From contig CM007990.1 in the NCBI GenBank assembly GCA_002189035.1, positions 4,030,001 through 4,094,000 of the forward strand: a DNA stretch of 64,000 nucleotides, in the 5' to 3' direction. Below the pieces are notes generated by a model, which did no database searches, was not told the DNA's origin, and saw only the letters and a program-made list of their open reading frames with translations. The position numbers and the translations under genes are program-made. This document shows positions 26,352 through 39,616 of the stretch, piece by piece. Numbering within the stretch: the stretch's first letter is position 1; each line of letters opens with the position of its first letter. This DNA comes from Utricularia gibba. Lineage: Eukaryota > Plantae > Magnoliophyta.

Positions 26352-29193
26352 TTTGTAGATAAAGATCATTAAAACCAAAACGACGATTGATAGATCTCTT
26401 GGTGACATTAGCGATTGGCATTTTGAAATCATTGGTAGTTATGATTACATTCTTCACTTTATACTTCTCAATATCTTTTAGTTTCTTAATATCTCTAATC
26501 ATGTGATTAGAACATTCAGAGTCAATAATTCAATCTTCCTCATAATTTATTTTTCATGGTGTTTTTGCTATATTCATAACTATCTCTTTTTTATTATTTT
26601 CAAGTTCATGACTCTCATTAATTACTACTATACACGTGACAAAAACATTCCACTCTTCTTCACTATTCTATTCTTCTTGAGCTCTTACTTTCGAGATCAT
26701 AGTATTACCATACTCTTTATCTCTTTAAAAACATTCTTGTGCAAAATGCCTTATTTTTTCATAAATAAAGCATTTACTTTTCTTCATTTATTCATTGGAA
26801 TGACATCATTCATATTTTCCTTGATTGTGAACTCCTACTGAAAAATTGTCTTTCTCCTTTCTCTTTTTCCACGTTTATTTGCCTATAGACTTTTTTGTGA
26901 GCCTTTAACTAGAATGACTCCTCTTGTAGGTATTGAACATCACATTTTCTTCTGCTTACTTCATAGAAACTCATATTTGAAGTGTTGCAAGAGCTTCTTG
27001 ATTGGCAAGCATATTTTCCAATCCTAGAAGTGTTGGTTGAATTGGACATACTTGAATAGATACTATGAAATCATTGTATTCTGGTTTCAACTCATTTATA
27101 ATTATACTCCTCATACATTGTTCACTAATCTTCTCTTCAAGAGATATTTGAGCAATCTCACTACATAAAGATTTTACGTTTCTAAAATATCGATTAATAG
27201 TCATATTACCTTGTGAGATTGTCATGAGCTACTTTTCTAGAAGTTGAAAATGAGCATCATTTTTCTTTGAGAATAATGTGACTAGGATGTCCAAAAAAAC
27301 CTTCGGTATAGCAGCATCTCGGATACACTCAAGCAGACCTTCTTCAACTACAATTCATAACACATATGTAGCTTTTCCAATCTTGATTCTCCATTTCCAT
27401 AGTCTCAACATGTTGCTTTTCAGATTGAGTCTTTTTTCTTCTTATGATCTAAGATTAACTGCATCTCAATAGTATATTCTACAACATAACTTGGTGGTAT
27501 CGCTTTACACTCACCAACCATCTTTCAAAAATCATATCCTTGTAGGTAGGCTTCAATACATGCTTTCCAATTCATATAATTGGAAGCATTCAACTTTCGG
27601 AGATCACTAATTGACAAATTCATGAAGCTACGAGTTAGTGATAACTTCTCAATTTGATGAAATTTCTTCAACACTTCAGCTATGTGTCATGGTATTAACT
27701 CAAACTTCAATTTGACTCTGATACCACAATGTGTGGTGTAGAGCAATGATTTTGAGGAAGAGATTCTGTTAGTTTCCAAACAAATGTTTACATCTCACAC
27801 ATACTTTCAAATATTTAAACTCCTATTTATACTATATGATGAAACATTCTAAATAATTCTAAACTTTTATGTCATTTTTTAGAATATTCTATACTTTTCT
27901 TAAAGTGAGTTGGGCTTCAATCCTTCATCATTGGGCTCTTATCACATACAAATATGGGTGAACCAAAACCACATATGGGTGAATTACAAAAAAAATATTT
28001 TTTCAAAATATTCAAGGATAGAACAGTTGAGTCAAAACTGTAATGAGAATGTATATACTACAATTCGTGGATTAAAGAGTTGAATCCAAACTATAATGAA
28101 AATGTATATATTGCAATTCATGGCTTATGGATAAAAGAGTTAAGTCCAAACTACTGGTGATATTTTTTATCAGTACATCATATGTTGTGGTAACCGTTGT
28201 CATGGTCGTACCACCTATTTCTAAGTCGTTAACTATGATATACCTCAAACTATTTGTGGATATGTCCATCGGAGGGAGGGGGTGAGATCATACTAGAAGG
28301 GCATACAACACTTGTATTGCCTACTCTTTAGTTAGTCCTTGAGAGAGTAGAGTGTGAGCTTGAGATTTGATATGACATTCATCATTTTCTATAGTTTATG
28401 TTTGGCAAGTGAGAGGGGGCATCTAGTTTGCCTTACCTCCTCTATGCATTTTTTTTGTAAGTATCTCCAAAGGATATGGACATCTTTGAGGTGATCAAAT
28501 CTTCTTTAAGAAAAGTGGGTATTGGGACTTGGGAAATTTTTATCCCATATACTCTTTCTCATGGTTTTCTTGAATTGCATTAAGAACTAACTGAGGTAAT
28601 AAACGAATGGAATAATTTTTTGTGTGTTGATGGGACAATAGGTAACATGGATTGGATTTCCTACAACATTGTACAAAGTGTGTGGAAATGAAGCTCTAGA
28701 GAAGTAGAAAAATATGAAGAAATGAGTTGAATATCATCTGAAAGATATTTTTGTAACTTTTCTTATTTGTAATAGAATAAATTTTTGAAAGAAGCAAAGT
28801 ATCAATAGATAGAATTCACCATAAAAATATTACAAAAAAACTATGAACAAATAGAAAAATTTCTTGATAATTGAAGATTCATAATTTTAGTCTTTAGCAA
28901 TGCTTTTCATTTGAAAGGTTGTGGTGAATGCTTATGTAAAAAACACTCCTGTAATTTTCTTTTAATAGTACGTGAATTAATTTCTACTTTCACACAAATA
29001 ATATTGCTTGAATCATTTTTCAATTTATTATATTTCAACAGACATATTTTATCCTTATCCATTTTTTTCTTATCGTCCTTTCTTAAACCTTATGACTCAT
29101 TTTACTATCTCTTTCAACACCCTTTCTCAAACTTGGATTGGGTTGAAGGCTTACTTTGCTTATGAGAAAAAATCGTCCCTTAGTTGACATATT

Positions 29194-30200
29194 TGGTATC
29201 AGAGTAAACAATTAAATTTCTCAATCATCGTTTTTTGTTTTCATGACCCTTGCACTCAGCCAATCTATTACAATGGCTACTGCAAACTCTATCAATCAAT
29301 GTAAGCAATTTCATTTCCATCAAACTTATCCAATCAAATTATTATTTGTGGAAAGAAATAGTGATTGAGGTCATCCAAAATCAAGGTCTCCATAGCTACC
29401 TTATCGTAGAAATTATAGAATCAATGAAATTCGCATCTACACCTAAAGGTCAAAAACCCCCTTTACAACCCACTCACACTAACGAATATGTCCAATAGAA
29501 AACCTCTAATCACATTTTCAGAAATTGGCTTCTTGGGAAAATTTTTAAAGACTCTTGGACACTCATTATTGGATGTGATATATTGGCAGCTATCTATATA
29601 GCCCTTCAAGATGCCTATGCACAATGATAGGAAGTATAACGATATGTCCCTCGCTATCAACTCTCAAAGACATTCAAGCACGCAAATTAGTCACTAGATG
29701 CATATATTATGAGTTCAAGATAATCTATGATGATTTGGCATCAATAGGTGGCATTATTCCCGATGGAGAGAGGGTATATTGTCTTCTCAAAAGTCTAGAA
29801 ATTGAGTACAACACATTTTTAACAACCATGCTAAAAGAATTACACTCCAGCTATCATGATCTCAAACTGCAACTCTTGAGTTATGAAATGAGAAAACAAC
29901 TCATTAAATACTTGAAAAACAACATAGTCATGGCATTGATAGCCCAATGACAAGAACAATCCATTGGTTTCAAGTCCACCTGAGACGGTCGTGGGTTCTC
30001 TACTCAATGTCATCAAATGTAATCAATGTTTACTCAAAATTTGTCACAATAGAGTGGTGGTGATAGACAAAACTATGCACCACCACCACCCCTAAGAAAA
30101 TGAAACATGATACCTAAGAAATGAGAATTACATAGAAACAAGGTATGTCAAATTTGTAATGTACAAAATCACATAGCAAAGATTTGTTGATATCTTCCAA
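29194..30200 (+). mobile_element. Degenerate Ty1/copia 5' region: PBS plus gag
   Basis: PBS TGGTATCAGAG at 29194. ISIKLIQSNYYLWK gag N-terminus, FKIIYDDLASIG...VYCLLKSLEIEYNTFLTTML (UBN2-like), and zinc knuckle VCQICNVQNHIAKIC at ~30143-30190. No pol follows. Confidence 0.75.
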
Positions 30201-31654
30201 GGCTGTCATTATCACTTGCAACTAGAAACGAAACTCTTCCTCAAGCCTTAACTTCACTCTGAATTCACCATAAAAATATGTTTGGAAGAAGCAAAGTGTT
30301 TTAATAGATAGAATTCACCATAAAAATGTTACAAAAAATTATGAACAATTAGAAGAATTTCATTATAGTTGAAGATCCATAATTTTAACCTTCACCAATT
30401 CTCTACATTTGAAAATCTATTGTGAATCCTTATCCAAGAAACATTTCTAGAATTTTCTTTTAGTAGCATATGGATTAATCTCTACTTTGATACGACTAAT
30501 GTTGCTTGAACCATTCTCCAACTTACCACATCACAACAAAGAGAATTCATCCTTATCTCGTCTCTCCTTATCACTCCTTTCTTCAACATTATTTCTCCTT
30601 TTTTTTTAGTGAGTAATGTTGCAATTGAGACCAACTTGAAGCTGGAAGAACAACAAATGATTGTCGGAAGAAAAAAAGTTGAAAGTTCCAAGAAGAAGAA
30701 GAGCACATGCAATCCTAAGGTTAGGATTATTATAATGAGCTCCATTAGTAACTTCCAAATCCTAAGGCTAGGATTGTTGAGCCATATTTCTCCCTTTTGG
30801 AGAAATCGCCTTCATCTTCCTTCTTTCGTGTTCCCCCTCTCCCCTCTTGGGGTCTGGTCGTCGTGTTCTCCTCCTTTTTCTCTCTCCAAAAAATATCTTC
30901 ACATCATTTTTTTCATTTTTCAAAATCAATCTACTATTCCTAACATCTATACTGTTCCTAGCCTAAACATGTTGACTGTAGGTGGCTGAATATTAATCAT
31001 GTCTCCTCCTTGTGTCTTGTGCCCCTTCGAATTGTACTCATAAACTAGCTGAATGTGATTCATAATGTTGCTGCTAACACTTGGAAGAATATTAGAAATC
31101 ATAATATAGACTAAATCATTAATTTAGTCTATATTATGCATGAAGCTATAAATAACACTACAATTAACAAAATATTAAAAATCATAGTTAAAATACTTAA
31201 TTTTATCATTAAACATCTAAATTTCATAACCTAAAAACACTAATAAAATGTGTGTTATCATAAACTCAAGTGACAAGGTCCAGGAGAGAATCCATCCCAC
31301 TCTACCAAGAAACAAATATTGAACATTGATGTAGATATTCTTCAAATTTCAAGAAGAAAAAGAACTGCATGTGACCATTAGAGAAGAAAGAACATAAACT
31401 CAAGATAAAACAACAAAACATCTAGTTACAATATCTTTATATATAAATACCTCACACTTATTGTAAAACAAAAAGGCTCTCAATTTTTCACAAAATGAGG
31501 CTACCTACACAACACACTTTCATTCATGTGAACAAGCTTACCTGTTCCTTCAACTATTTGCATTTTATTCAAGCTTTTCATATCTTCCCAATCATGTTCA
31601 AACTACTCTATTTTATACAAACCTCTTACACCTTTACACTCTCTTTCAACACTT

Positions 31655-32357
31655 TGTTGACGTTTAAAACAGATTTTCAAAAAAAATTAGTGTATAAAAG
31701 AAAGCGCAGGAGTAGAATGACAGCAAGCAGCAGAATCATACTACGCTCCCAGAACAAAAGGGTTTGGCAATGAGTGTTTTTAGTTATTCCCGTTCACAAT
31801 CAACATCTATCTCCCAACATGATTGATATCTGACAATCTAAATCTTGAAACAGTAAACCTTCAATTGATTTCTATGTCAATCTGCTTCTGAATCTTCTGA
31901 CTATCTTAACCAAGACCTTGCTGAGTTGCATTGAATCCCCTACAGGTCGGCAATCCAAGATAGAGGAATGGTTCCTTTTCGTCGTGCCTTGATGGGCAGG
32001 TTCGCCCGCACCTCTAGTACAGTGATTTGCTTTCTTTTTTTTCTTAATGTAACAGTGGGCTTCATAGCTGTAGTCCAGGTCCTTTTTGGTGTGCCTTATA
32101 TGCACAGTTGCCAGAGAGAAAGCCCAGTTCTGTATACAATACACGTTGTCAGAAATACCAGAAGGATCAACAATCCGTCGCCGGAGAGAAATGATCGGAG
32201 GAAGAAGAGTAGCCTTCAGCGTCAATGGCGAAGCACCTGCGACCGATCGGTGGCGCCACACCTTCCCCGGACTCGCTACTTTCGGCATCTACCTTGCCGG
32301 TGAAACTGTACAACAAAGATCTACACCCTCAGAACTAAGTGACAAGGTCCCATATCA
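31655..32357 (-). mobile_element. Possible solo LTR or LTR fragment
   Basis: GC-balanced block bounded by TG...CA in AT-rich flanks, with a TATA-like TATAAG. No TSD found and the ORFs have no recognisable homology. Confidence 0.3.
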
Positions 32358-35300
32358 TCTGTGATCTCATCTACCTAGCTGCTGTCTCGTTTGAAGATTT
32401 TATATCATAAAATAAAATTATGAATCCCAACTTCAAATAATTCAATTATAATTTAATCGTATTTAATCCAAATCCTATTATACAAAATATGATTCAAAAT
32501 GATCAATTCAATTACAATTTTTTTTAAACAAAATGATTTTTTCAATCACAGTTGAAATTGGTGATGCCTTCAAGAGAAAGTGCAAGAATTAGACGAGATA
32601 GTCTTCTTGTACTAATCTCATCAATTTAAGTTTAGGGTTTAATAAGATGACATGATAATAAGGTTTTGTAAATTATGTTATTATCATAGTTTTATAATGA
32701 TAACATACGTTTTTCCATAAATAATAAAGAATAAAAAATTAGTTGTCATGTATATTTTGAAATAGATTAAACTTCAATATTAATATTAATGAAAAATGCG
32801 TAAACTTTAATACAAATAAATTCAATTACTATTAAAAAGATCCTAAAAAATCCACCAAATAATCTAGAATCCATTACCTTCTAAAATGGTATTTCGATTC
32901 CAACTTTCAATTGATTCATGACAATTTAGATTTTGTTTTAAAAAATTCAACTTTTTTTAAAAAAAGAATGTTTGATAAGTAGTTTTGTTATTAAATATGA
33001 TCGATTTTTATTTTAAATAACAAAAATTGAAAAGCTCATCTTATTTTTAAGAAATTCCATAAACCCAACTTCTATTTTAATAGAAATATTTCTCAAAAAA
33101 TGATTCTCTAGAAGCAAAATCAACTTGAGAAGTAGATTTTAAACTTCCAAGCATCCATTCTCAAAAAGGATTGATTATATTGAAGCCTGAAGGGAGGTAG
33201 GCTGCTTTGATCACTTTCTTCTTTTTTAAAGAAGAATATTCAGAAGATGAAACACAAAATGGAAAGTAATAAAACACAGGAGATGATTCAAAGTAGACCT
33301 GAGCTTTCCCACTTTTTTCTCCCAACAAAAAGCTCTCGTGTTGAACAAGGTGGTGGATCCCCCACACTCCACAGTCACAATGATCATATTTTGGTCAAGT
33401 AAAAGCAAAGATGTTCCTTTTATGTTATGCCTTTCTTCTCACTCTACGCCTTTTCAAGCATGTAACCGCATTCAACATCAAAAAATAGGGTGCAGTATGG
33501 GCACAGGCAAAGCCTACAAACACAACTCTTTTTCTTCCAAGTTATTGTGTAAAAAAAAACTATGGGACAAAATATAAAAACAGCATGATAAAAATATTGA
33601 CTTTTATTATTAATTACCACAAAGTACATGATCTAAACATATCTATTGGTCATAATATCATTTTAAACAAATATGTGTAACATTAATATATCAACGAACT
33701 TATAGTTTTAATCATATGATACGTGTTCATTTGCAAATAAGAAATTCAAATAAACCATTAATTAAACTATACCACCAAATTTTTAATACTGTTTTGTTGT
33801 AATAGAAAGGAATGGACCCAAGGAGACCACAGGGCAATGATGCTGCCGAGACTTGGTTTGCAAAGTACTGAAAATAGAAGCCCGTGATGTGATGACCATT
33901 TCTTCTTTATCGCAATAGATTATTTGACTTGAATTCTTTGTGGGTGTATTGGATTGTAGGATTTAAACATACAAGAGGCTTTTTTTTAGTAGGATGGTAA
34001 ATATATTTTAGAGGTTTTATTTATATGAAAAGATAATTCCTATCTTACCATATTTTAATATAAACAAGACAAAAAAAGAACTTGAGAGGTAAAAATATCA
34101 AATCTTTATTTCAATCATTCATAGATCTTATATTATTATTGTTATTATTTTTAAGCTTTGGAATCGCTTAACTTATAAACTAACATATTTGGATATGTGA
34201 ATATTATAAAATATCCTATTATTTAATTCTAATATCTTATAATTATCATGTTACAATAACAGTATATAACATATTCAGGCACTTGTGTTAGTACAATGTA
34301 GGTTTAGGGTATAAAGATAAGATGAGGGATGGATGTGAAGAGGGTGAGAAATGGAGGTTGGTGGGCGTGGAATAAAGGAGGAAGCCATAATGAAGAATCT
34401 GTGGTGGGGAATCACGTGATGCTCAAACATTCCTAATCACTTTATAACTTTGCAAGTGTTTAGTGAATATACCACAAATTTGTGGACATGGAGGAATCTC
34501 ATTTGACCCCTTTATTCCATTTCTTTCTTTCTTTTCTTTTTGAAAAAAGAAACATATTTCAAAATAATCAGAACTAGTTCAAATCAATAGATCCCTTTGT
34601 AGAACAAAAATTGGAAGTTGTCCTATGTACTTCACAATTTCGAGTTGACATCTTTTATGTTATTTGTGGAGAAAAAACTCAGAGTATAGTTTGTATGACT
34701 TAATCAATAACTTGTATTTAACTAATAGGTAGAAGTTATGGTATAAGTAAATACAAAATAAGTAGAAACAACATGTTTGAAATTAAGCAACTTAAATATT
34801 TTAACTTGTATGATAAATAAGTGAAGTAATTAAAATTGAAATGATTTGAGAATAAGTAGAATTAGAATATAAATTTTAGAATAAGCAAAGATAGTACGTA
34901 AAAGATTTATTTTTATTTTTACTTTAAATTATAAGTACGTAAAATAAGTTACACATACATATTATATTTTCACACAAACTTGTCCCTTTGTCTTAAATTC
35001 GCGGCGCAATGCAATGAATTGATGAAACGAGCCACGGGAGCGACGTGAGCATCTCCATGGTGGCACTGCGAGTTTCATAAATAGCATCTCCCTTTACATA
35101 CGCGTAACATATGTTTTCCCTCTCATGTGGCGATTTCAAGACACGCAGATCACTGCACTTGCACCTCTCCCGTGACCCAGAACAGAAAAATGATTGTAAT
35201 AATAAGGACGAGGCCGAGGGGCAGGCAGGGCAACTCCTTGTAATAAAATGGGCGCCATCGCATCCGTATAGGTGTTGGTTATGGCAGCGAGCAGCATGTC

Positions 35301-37166
35301 CAAATTAGGGCGGCAGCGGTAGCATTCGGACACCATGGATGTCGTCCATGTACGATTCCTGGGGTTGAGCCCCATACAGCATATTTGTTCCTATGCGTGA
35401 TTCAATGCTGGTCATCGGCGCAGAATGGAGAAGGACATGTCATGGGATGAGATCAAATCTGCATTACATGATGCCATCATCCTCACATGCATGCCTCTGC
35501 ACATTCGTCCCACCCTTATCGTTTCTTCCACTCCCGCTCTGCTGTATTTATTTTTTTGGAAAATAAACCTCCCTGAAGGCTGAAGATGAATTTATTCTTA
35601 GGGAACAGATAATATATACAATATTTGAAATTTAAATTTCGAACTGGGCACCGGATTATTATTTTACTATTTTCATTTGTTTATGAACGAAATGCCGTAG
35701 TGCGATGCAAAATCTGCCATATCTAACGAACACTGCCCCACTGCAGCTCATAAGTCGTCGCTTTCGCTATTTTTCTTCTATTTCTTCATATATGGTAGTC
35801 GTGTGTATGATTCTAAATATTAGAACAAACTATGAGGATTTCAAACTGAATTATAGATCGTTAATAATTGATTATGCCTAATTTTTTTTTAATATAATCT
35901 ACATTTATAATATATTTGGATTTCATTTGTGACTGATTTATTGTATCCTTAATTTTAATAAGATTTCAGAGAGTTTGCCTAAGGGTATGGTTTAGATGAC
36001 CAATATAAATTTCATATTGATCTAAGTTCTAGTTAAAAAAAATGAGAATATGTATTAGGCTTATGTAACAAAAATTAGGTCAAATTATAATCCAAATACT
36101 ATCTATAATCACAAAAAAACAATCTTAACTGAATCAATGACTGTCTACTTTTTTAATGTAATTCACGTGTCTTGTATAATTAGGTTTCACATGTATATTC
36201 GCCTGACATATCAAATACTTAATTTCAAATTAAATACAAATGTGTTGACAAATATGTTTTTTAATAGACTTATTTTTTAATATACATGTGATTTATATAA
36301 TATACATCTATAGTCATATGATACATGTTTATCATATAATACATGAAGAAATCGAGTTACTTAATATGATGTACAACATTCGATTTTTATTTTATTTTAC
36401 CATAAATTCGGGACAAATGCAGAAGTTATTTTCTCTCGTGAGGGGTTACTCAGTACCCTCCTCCTCCTACTTTTTTTTATTTGGCATACGTCCTGTGGAG
36501 TTTGTGTTCTTTTTTAGTTTTGTATTTTGTTTGTATCATATCGCGTAACCTTGATGCACTGCTTTCTCTCTGTAAATAGGGTAATAATGATAACTGTAAT
36601 GGGAGTAGTGCAACCGAAGACATCCCTTTTTTTTTTTTTTTTTGATGTTATTGTGCATTTTCTGTTATCTCAATGTCTCTCTCTAAATTCTTGTTCGTCT
36701 CTGTAAATGAAATTCCCTTTTTCTTGTTTGGGGTTTTCCCTCATCAACTCCTGTATTTGCCTCTCATGTCTCATAAAGCACATACTTAGAGCTGCCTCAG
36801 ACTCTCTCTTCTTTCTAGCTTCTTCATCTTCTGTCCTTGAACAAATGCCTCCACTTTCATTAGATTGTAGATCAAGAAAACCTGCAGTTTAATGATCCTT
36901 GATCACGTTTTCTGCTTTGTCATTCTTGTGTTTCAGGTTCCTGCTTCAGCTTGCTTAGAGTCACGCGTGTAGATTGGATCAAAGGGCTGGCTGTTTCGAG
37001 CTGCAAATCCAGGTGTGTGATGTATTAGGAAACACGCACTAAACGTCTGCACACACACACACGCTGCTCATGGGGTTTGAAGGAGAACAGTTCGTTGGGA
37101 GCTTTCATTTCCTTGTGTTTTTTCTGTGTGTCTTCTATCTTTCTCTTGGTCTCCAGAGAAGAAACA

Positions 37167-38132
37167 ATGGAAGTTCCGAGTAGTCAAGGAGAAGAAATCC
37201 CAATTCCTCTGAACAGTTCTTATGGTGGGGGCCAACATGGACATGACCATCTGATACATCATGATCATCATCAACCTCCCCTCAACCACATCATGGCTCC
37301 TTCAGTGGGAGGAGCTGCTGGTCCCCAAATCCCATCAAACGGAGCGACCCCTGTGTCTGTCGCCACCGCGGCCGACGAAGAGCTCCACCACCACCACCAC
37401 CAACACCATTTCAAGAGAGTGGTCAAGTACAGAGAATGCCTGAGAAATCATGCAGCCGCCATGGGAGGCAATGCTACGGATGGCTGTGGAGAGTTCATGC
37501 CTAGTGGTGAAGAAGGTTCTATGGAGGCCCTAACTTGCTCAGCTTGTAGCTGCCATAGAAACTTCCATAGAAGGGAAGTTCAAGGAGAGATCAATCACAG
37601 TAGCAACCCTTGTGAGACATGCTTCCACGCAGCGAATCCAAGGATTGGAGTTGGAGGGAGGAAGCTCTTCATGGGACATCCACAAGCAATAGGTAAGCTG
37701 TAAAGAAAATGGCATAAAACGTCGAATTTGGACTCAGCTTAAAGGATTCATCTCTCGTCGATAGGGTATCACGGTGGTGCCCTCATTTCTGCAAGAGCTG
37801 TTGCTCCTCATCAGATGATCATGCCGTATAGCGTGGGAGCCTCGCTGCCATCAGAGTCCGAAGATCAGGAAGACGGCTGTACTGGAGCGAGGCCGTTGCA
37901 AGTAGTAAAAAAGAGATTCAGGACAAAGTTTACACAAGAGCAGAAGGACAAGATGCTGAGCTTTGCTGAGAAAGTTGGATGGAAGATACAGAAGCAGGAA
38001 GAAGGTGTGGTTCAGCAATTTTGCCAAGAAATTGGAGTTAAGAGGAGAGTTCTTAAGGTGTGGATGCACAACAACAAGCACAACCTTTCAAAGAAGAACC
38101 CCGAGCCAAATCCTGATCAAAATCAAGTTTGA
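37167..38132 (+). CDS. Zinc-finger homeodomain (ZF-HD) transcription factor, ZHD3/ZHD4-like, ~297 aa
   Basis: Exons 37167-37692 and 37765-38132. ZF domain [24 protein letters not shown]...[14 protein letters not shown] and homeodomain [16 protein letters not shown]...[12 protein letters not shown] 5'-UTR exon is predicted at 36937-37012. Clade assigned from recalled N-terminal similarity. Confidence 0.93.
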
Positions 38133-39616
38133 AAGAAAGAACAGGAATAAAACCAACATGAACTCATGACACCTTTTGGTTATTTCCCTCTGTTTCTTTC
38201 TTCACTTTTCTGATTATGGCTTTCTTGACAAAACTGGATGTACCTTTAGGTCTTTGGTGATTTGTATTAGTTACTACATCCTTAATTTTATTTCACCAAT
38301 CAACGTGATTAAATGTATGAGCTTCCTGTAATGCTTATCACCTTCTATTGAAGAACAATGTTGAACCTTAAGCTTGCTCTTTCAAAACACAGTGACACAC
38401 GTGACACATGTTGACTCTAATTGGAAGCCCCTTTATGCTGCTAATACTTCCTTCGATGCTGCCATCAGAGTGTGGAAGAGAGCTTACGAAAGATGAAAAA
38501 AAATGGTCAGATAGAAGAGATCCAGTTTATTCATTTGAGATAGAAAACAGCTTGTGTTTAGCCACCTACGCAGGAGGAAATCACTGATCAGGAAGAGGAC
38601 TGTGGAAGGGGAAGTGATGGACAAACAACTACCATGTGGCCTGTGGGCTTAAAACAACACAGCACCAGTAAATCAATGTACCGTCCACTGCAGTGTTCAT
38701 GCCCAGATTCATCACCCTTCATTCTCTTACCACATGCCTCTTAAAATCAATATTTTCAAATCAACATTTCATATTCTTCAAATAAAAAAAAAAAGTCCTG
38801 GTGAAGGAATTAGAAACGCATTTACAAATGGCTACACTCCAGAGAAAAGAGCCCAAGTGCTGAGAGTCAGGGGCCGAGCCTGGCCGGCCGATTGGTTAAA
38901 GCCCAATGGATTTCACGGCCCCTTTTCACTTGTTACTATTACAATTAGAATGTTTTTAAAGAGTATTCTAAAACTTTTTTAAAACCTATTTCTATTTTTA
39001 AAATTAAAAATAATTTTGTTTTAAAATATTTTTAATTATAAAAATATTTTTATTTAAAATATTTTTAAAATTATAATTACAAAAATCATTTTTAAAAAAG
39101 TAAAAAATTAGTTATTTTTACTTTTTACTTATATCTTTCAAAATTATTTTTGAAAAATAAAAACAAATTTCAAAAAATTTCCAAAACACTATTTTAATTT
39201 ACGCAATTAAAACGATTATACCAACAAATTGCATAAATCACGCTGCTCACGTCGTATTTCGTAAATCCTGTGCGTCGGTCGCTTTAAGACAGTAGACCAG
39301 TTGCGCAACGTGATCTGTGCATGTTGGCCATTGTGGTTTTCTACGATGGTGTGAACTCAAATGTAGTAGCAACTTTTCCAACATAGCACCTTTACAGCGG
39401 AAACCAGGGGTCCAAACGTATGAACAAGAAATTTACTACTGATAACCGGGATTCCCCATGAGTAAACTGGAAACATAACTGGTAACAAGTTGTAGCATGA
39501 CAAGCAAATTTGCAGACAGGGGCAGGGAGGTTTGAAGTCTAGGTACCACTGACAACCGAGATGAGCCTCACATTAAGAACCTTCGGATCAGAAGTAAAGC
39601 ATGGACCGCATCCAAT

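Larger units (their letters stand above)
20630..27946 (-). mobile_element. Truncated, degenerate Ty1/copia element (5' LTR, PBS, gag, protease, integrase; RT and 3' LTR missing)
   Basis: LTR about 27730-27946. PBS TGGTATCAGA at ~27717-27726. gag-like MTINRYFRNVKSLCSEI...NQEALA at 26971-27225. LWHAHLDHVNYHK...AGCQF pre-integrase at 21365-21694. The reading frame YLQ-RVYHV is restored across the hAT insertion. Confidence 0.85.

Noticed and set aside
35158-35180. tgcacttgcacctctc resembling miR530
   Set aside because: Only a partial match and no complementary star arm found nearby.
37077-37166. Hydrophobic N-terminal extension on the ZF-HD ORF
   Set aside because: It lies in the pyrimidine-rich 5'-UTR intron (acceptor at 37156) and uses a non-ATG start.
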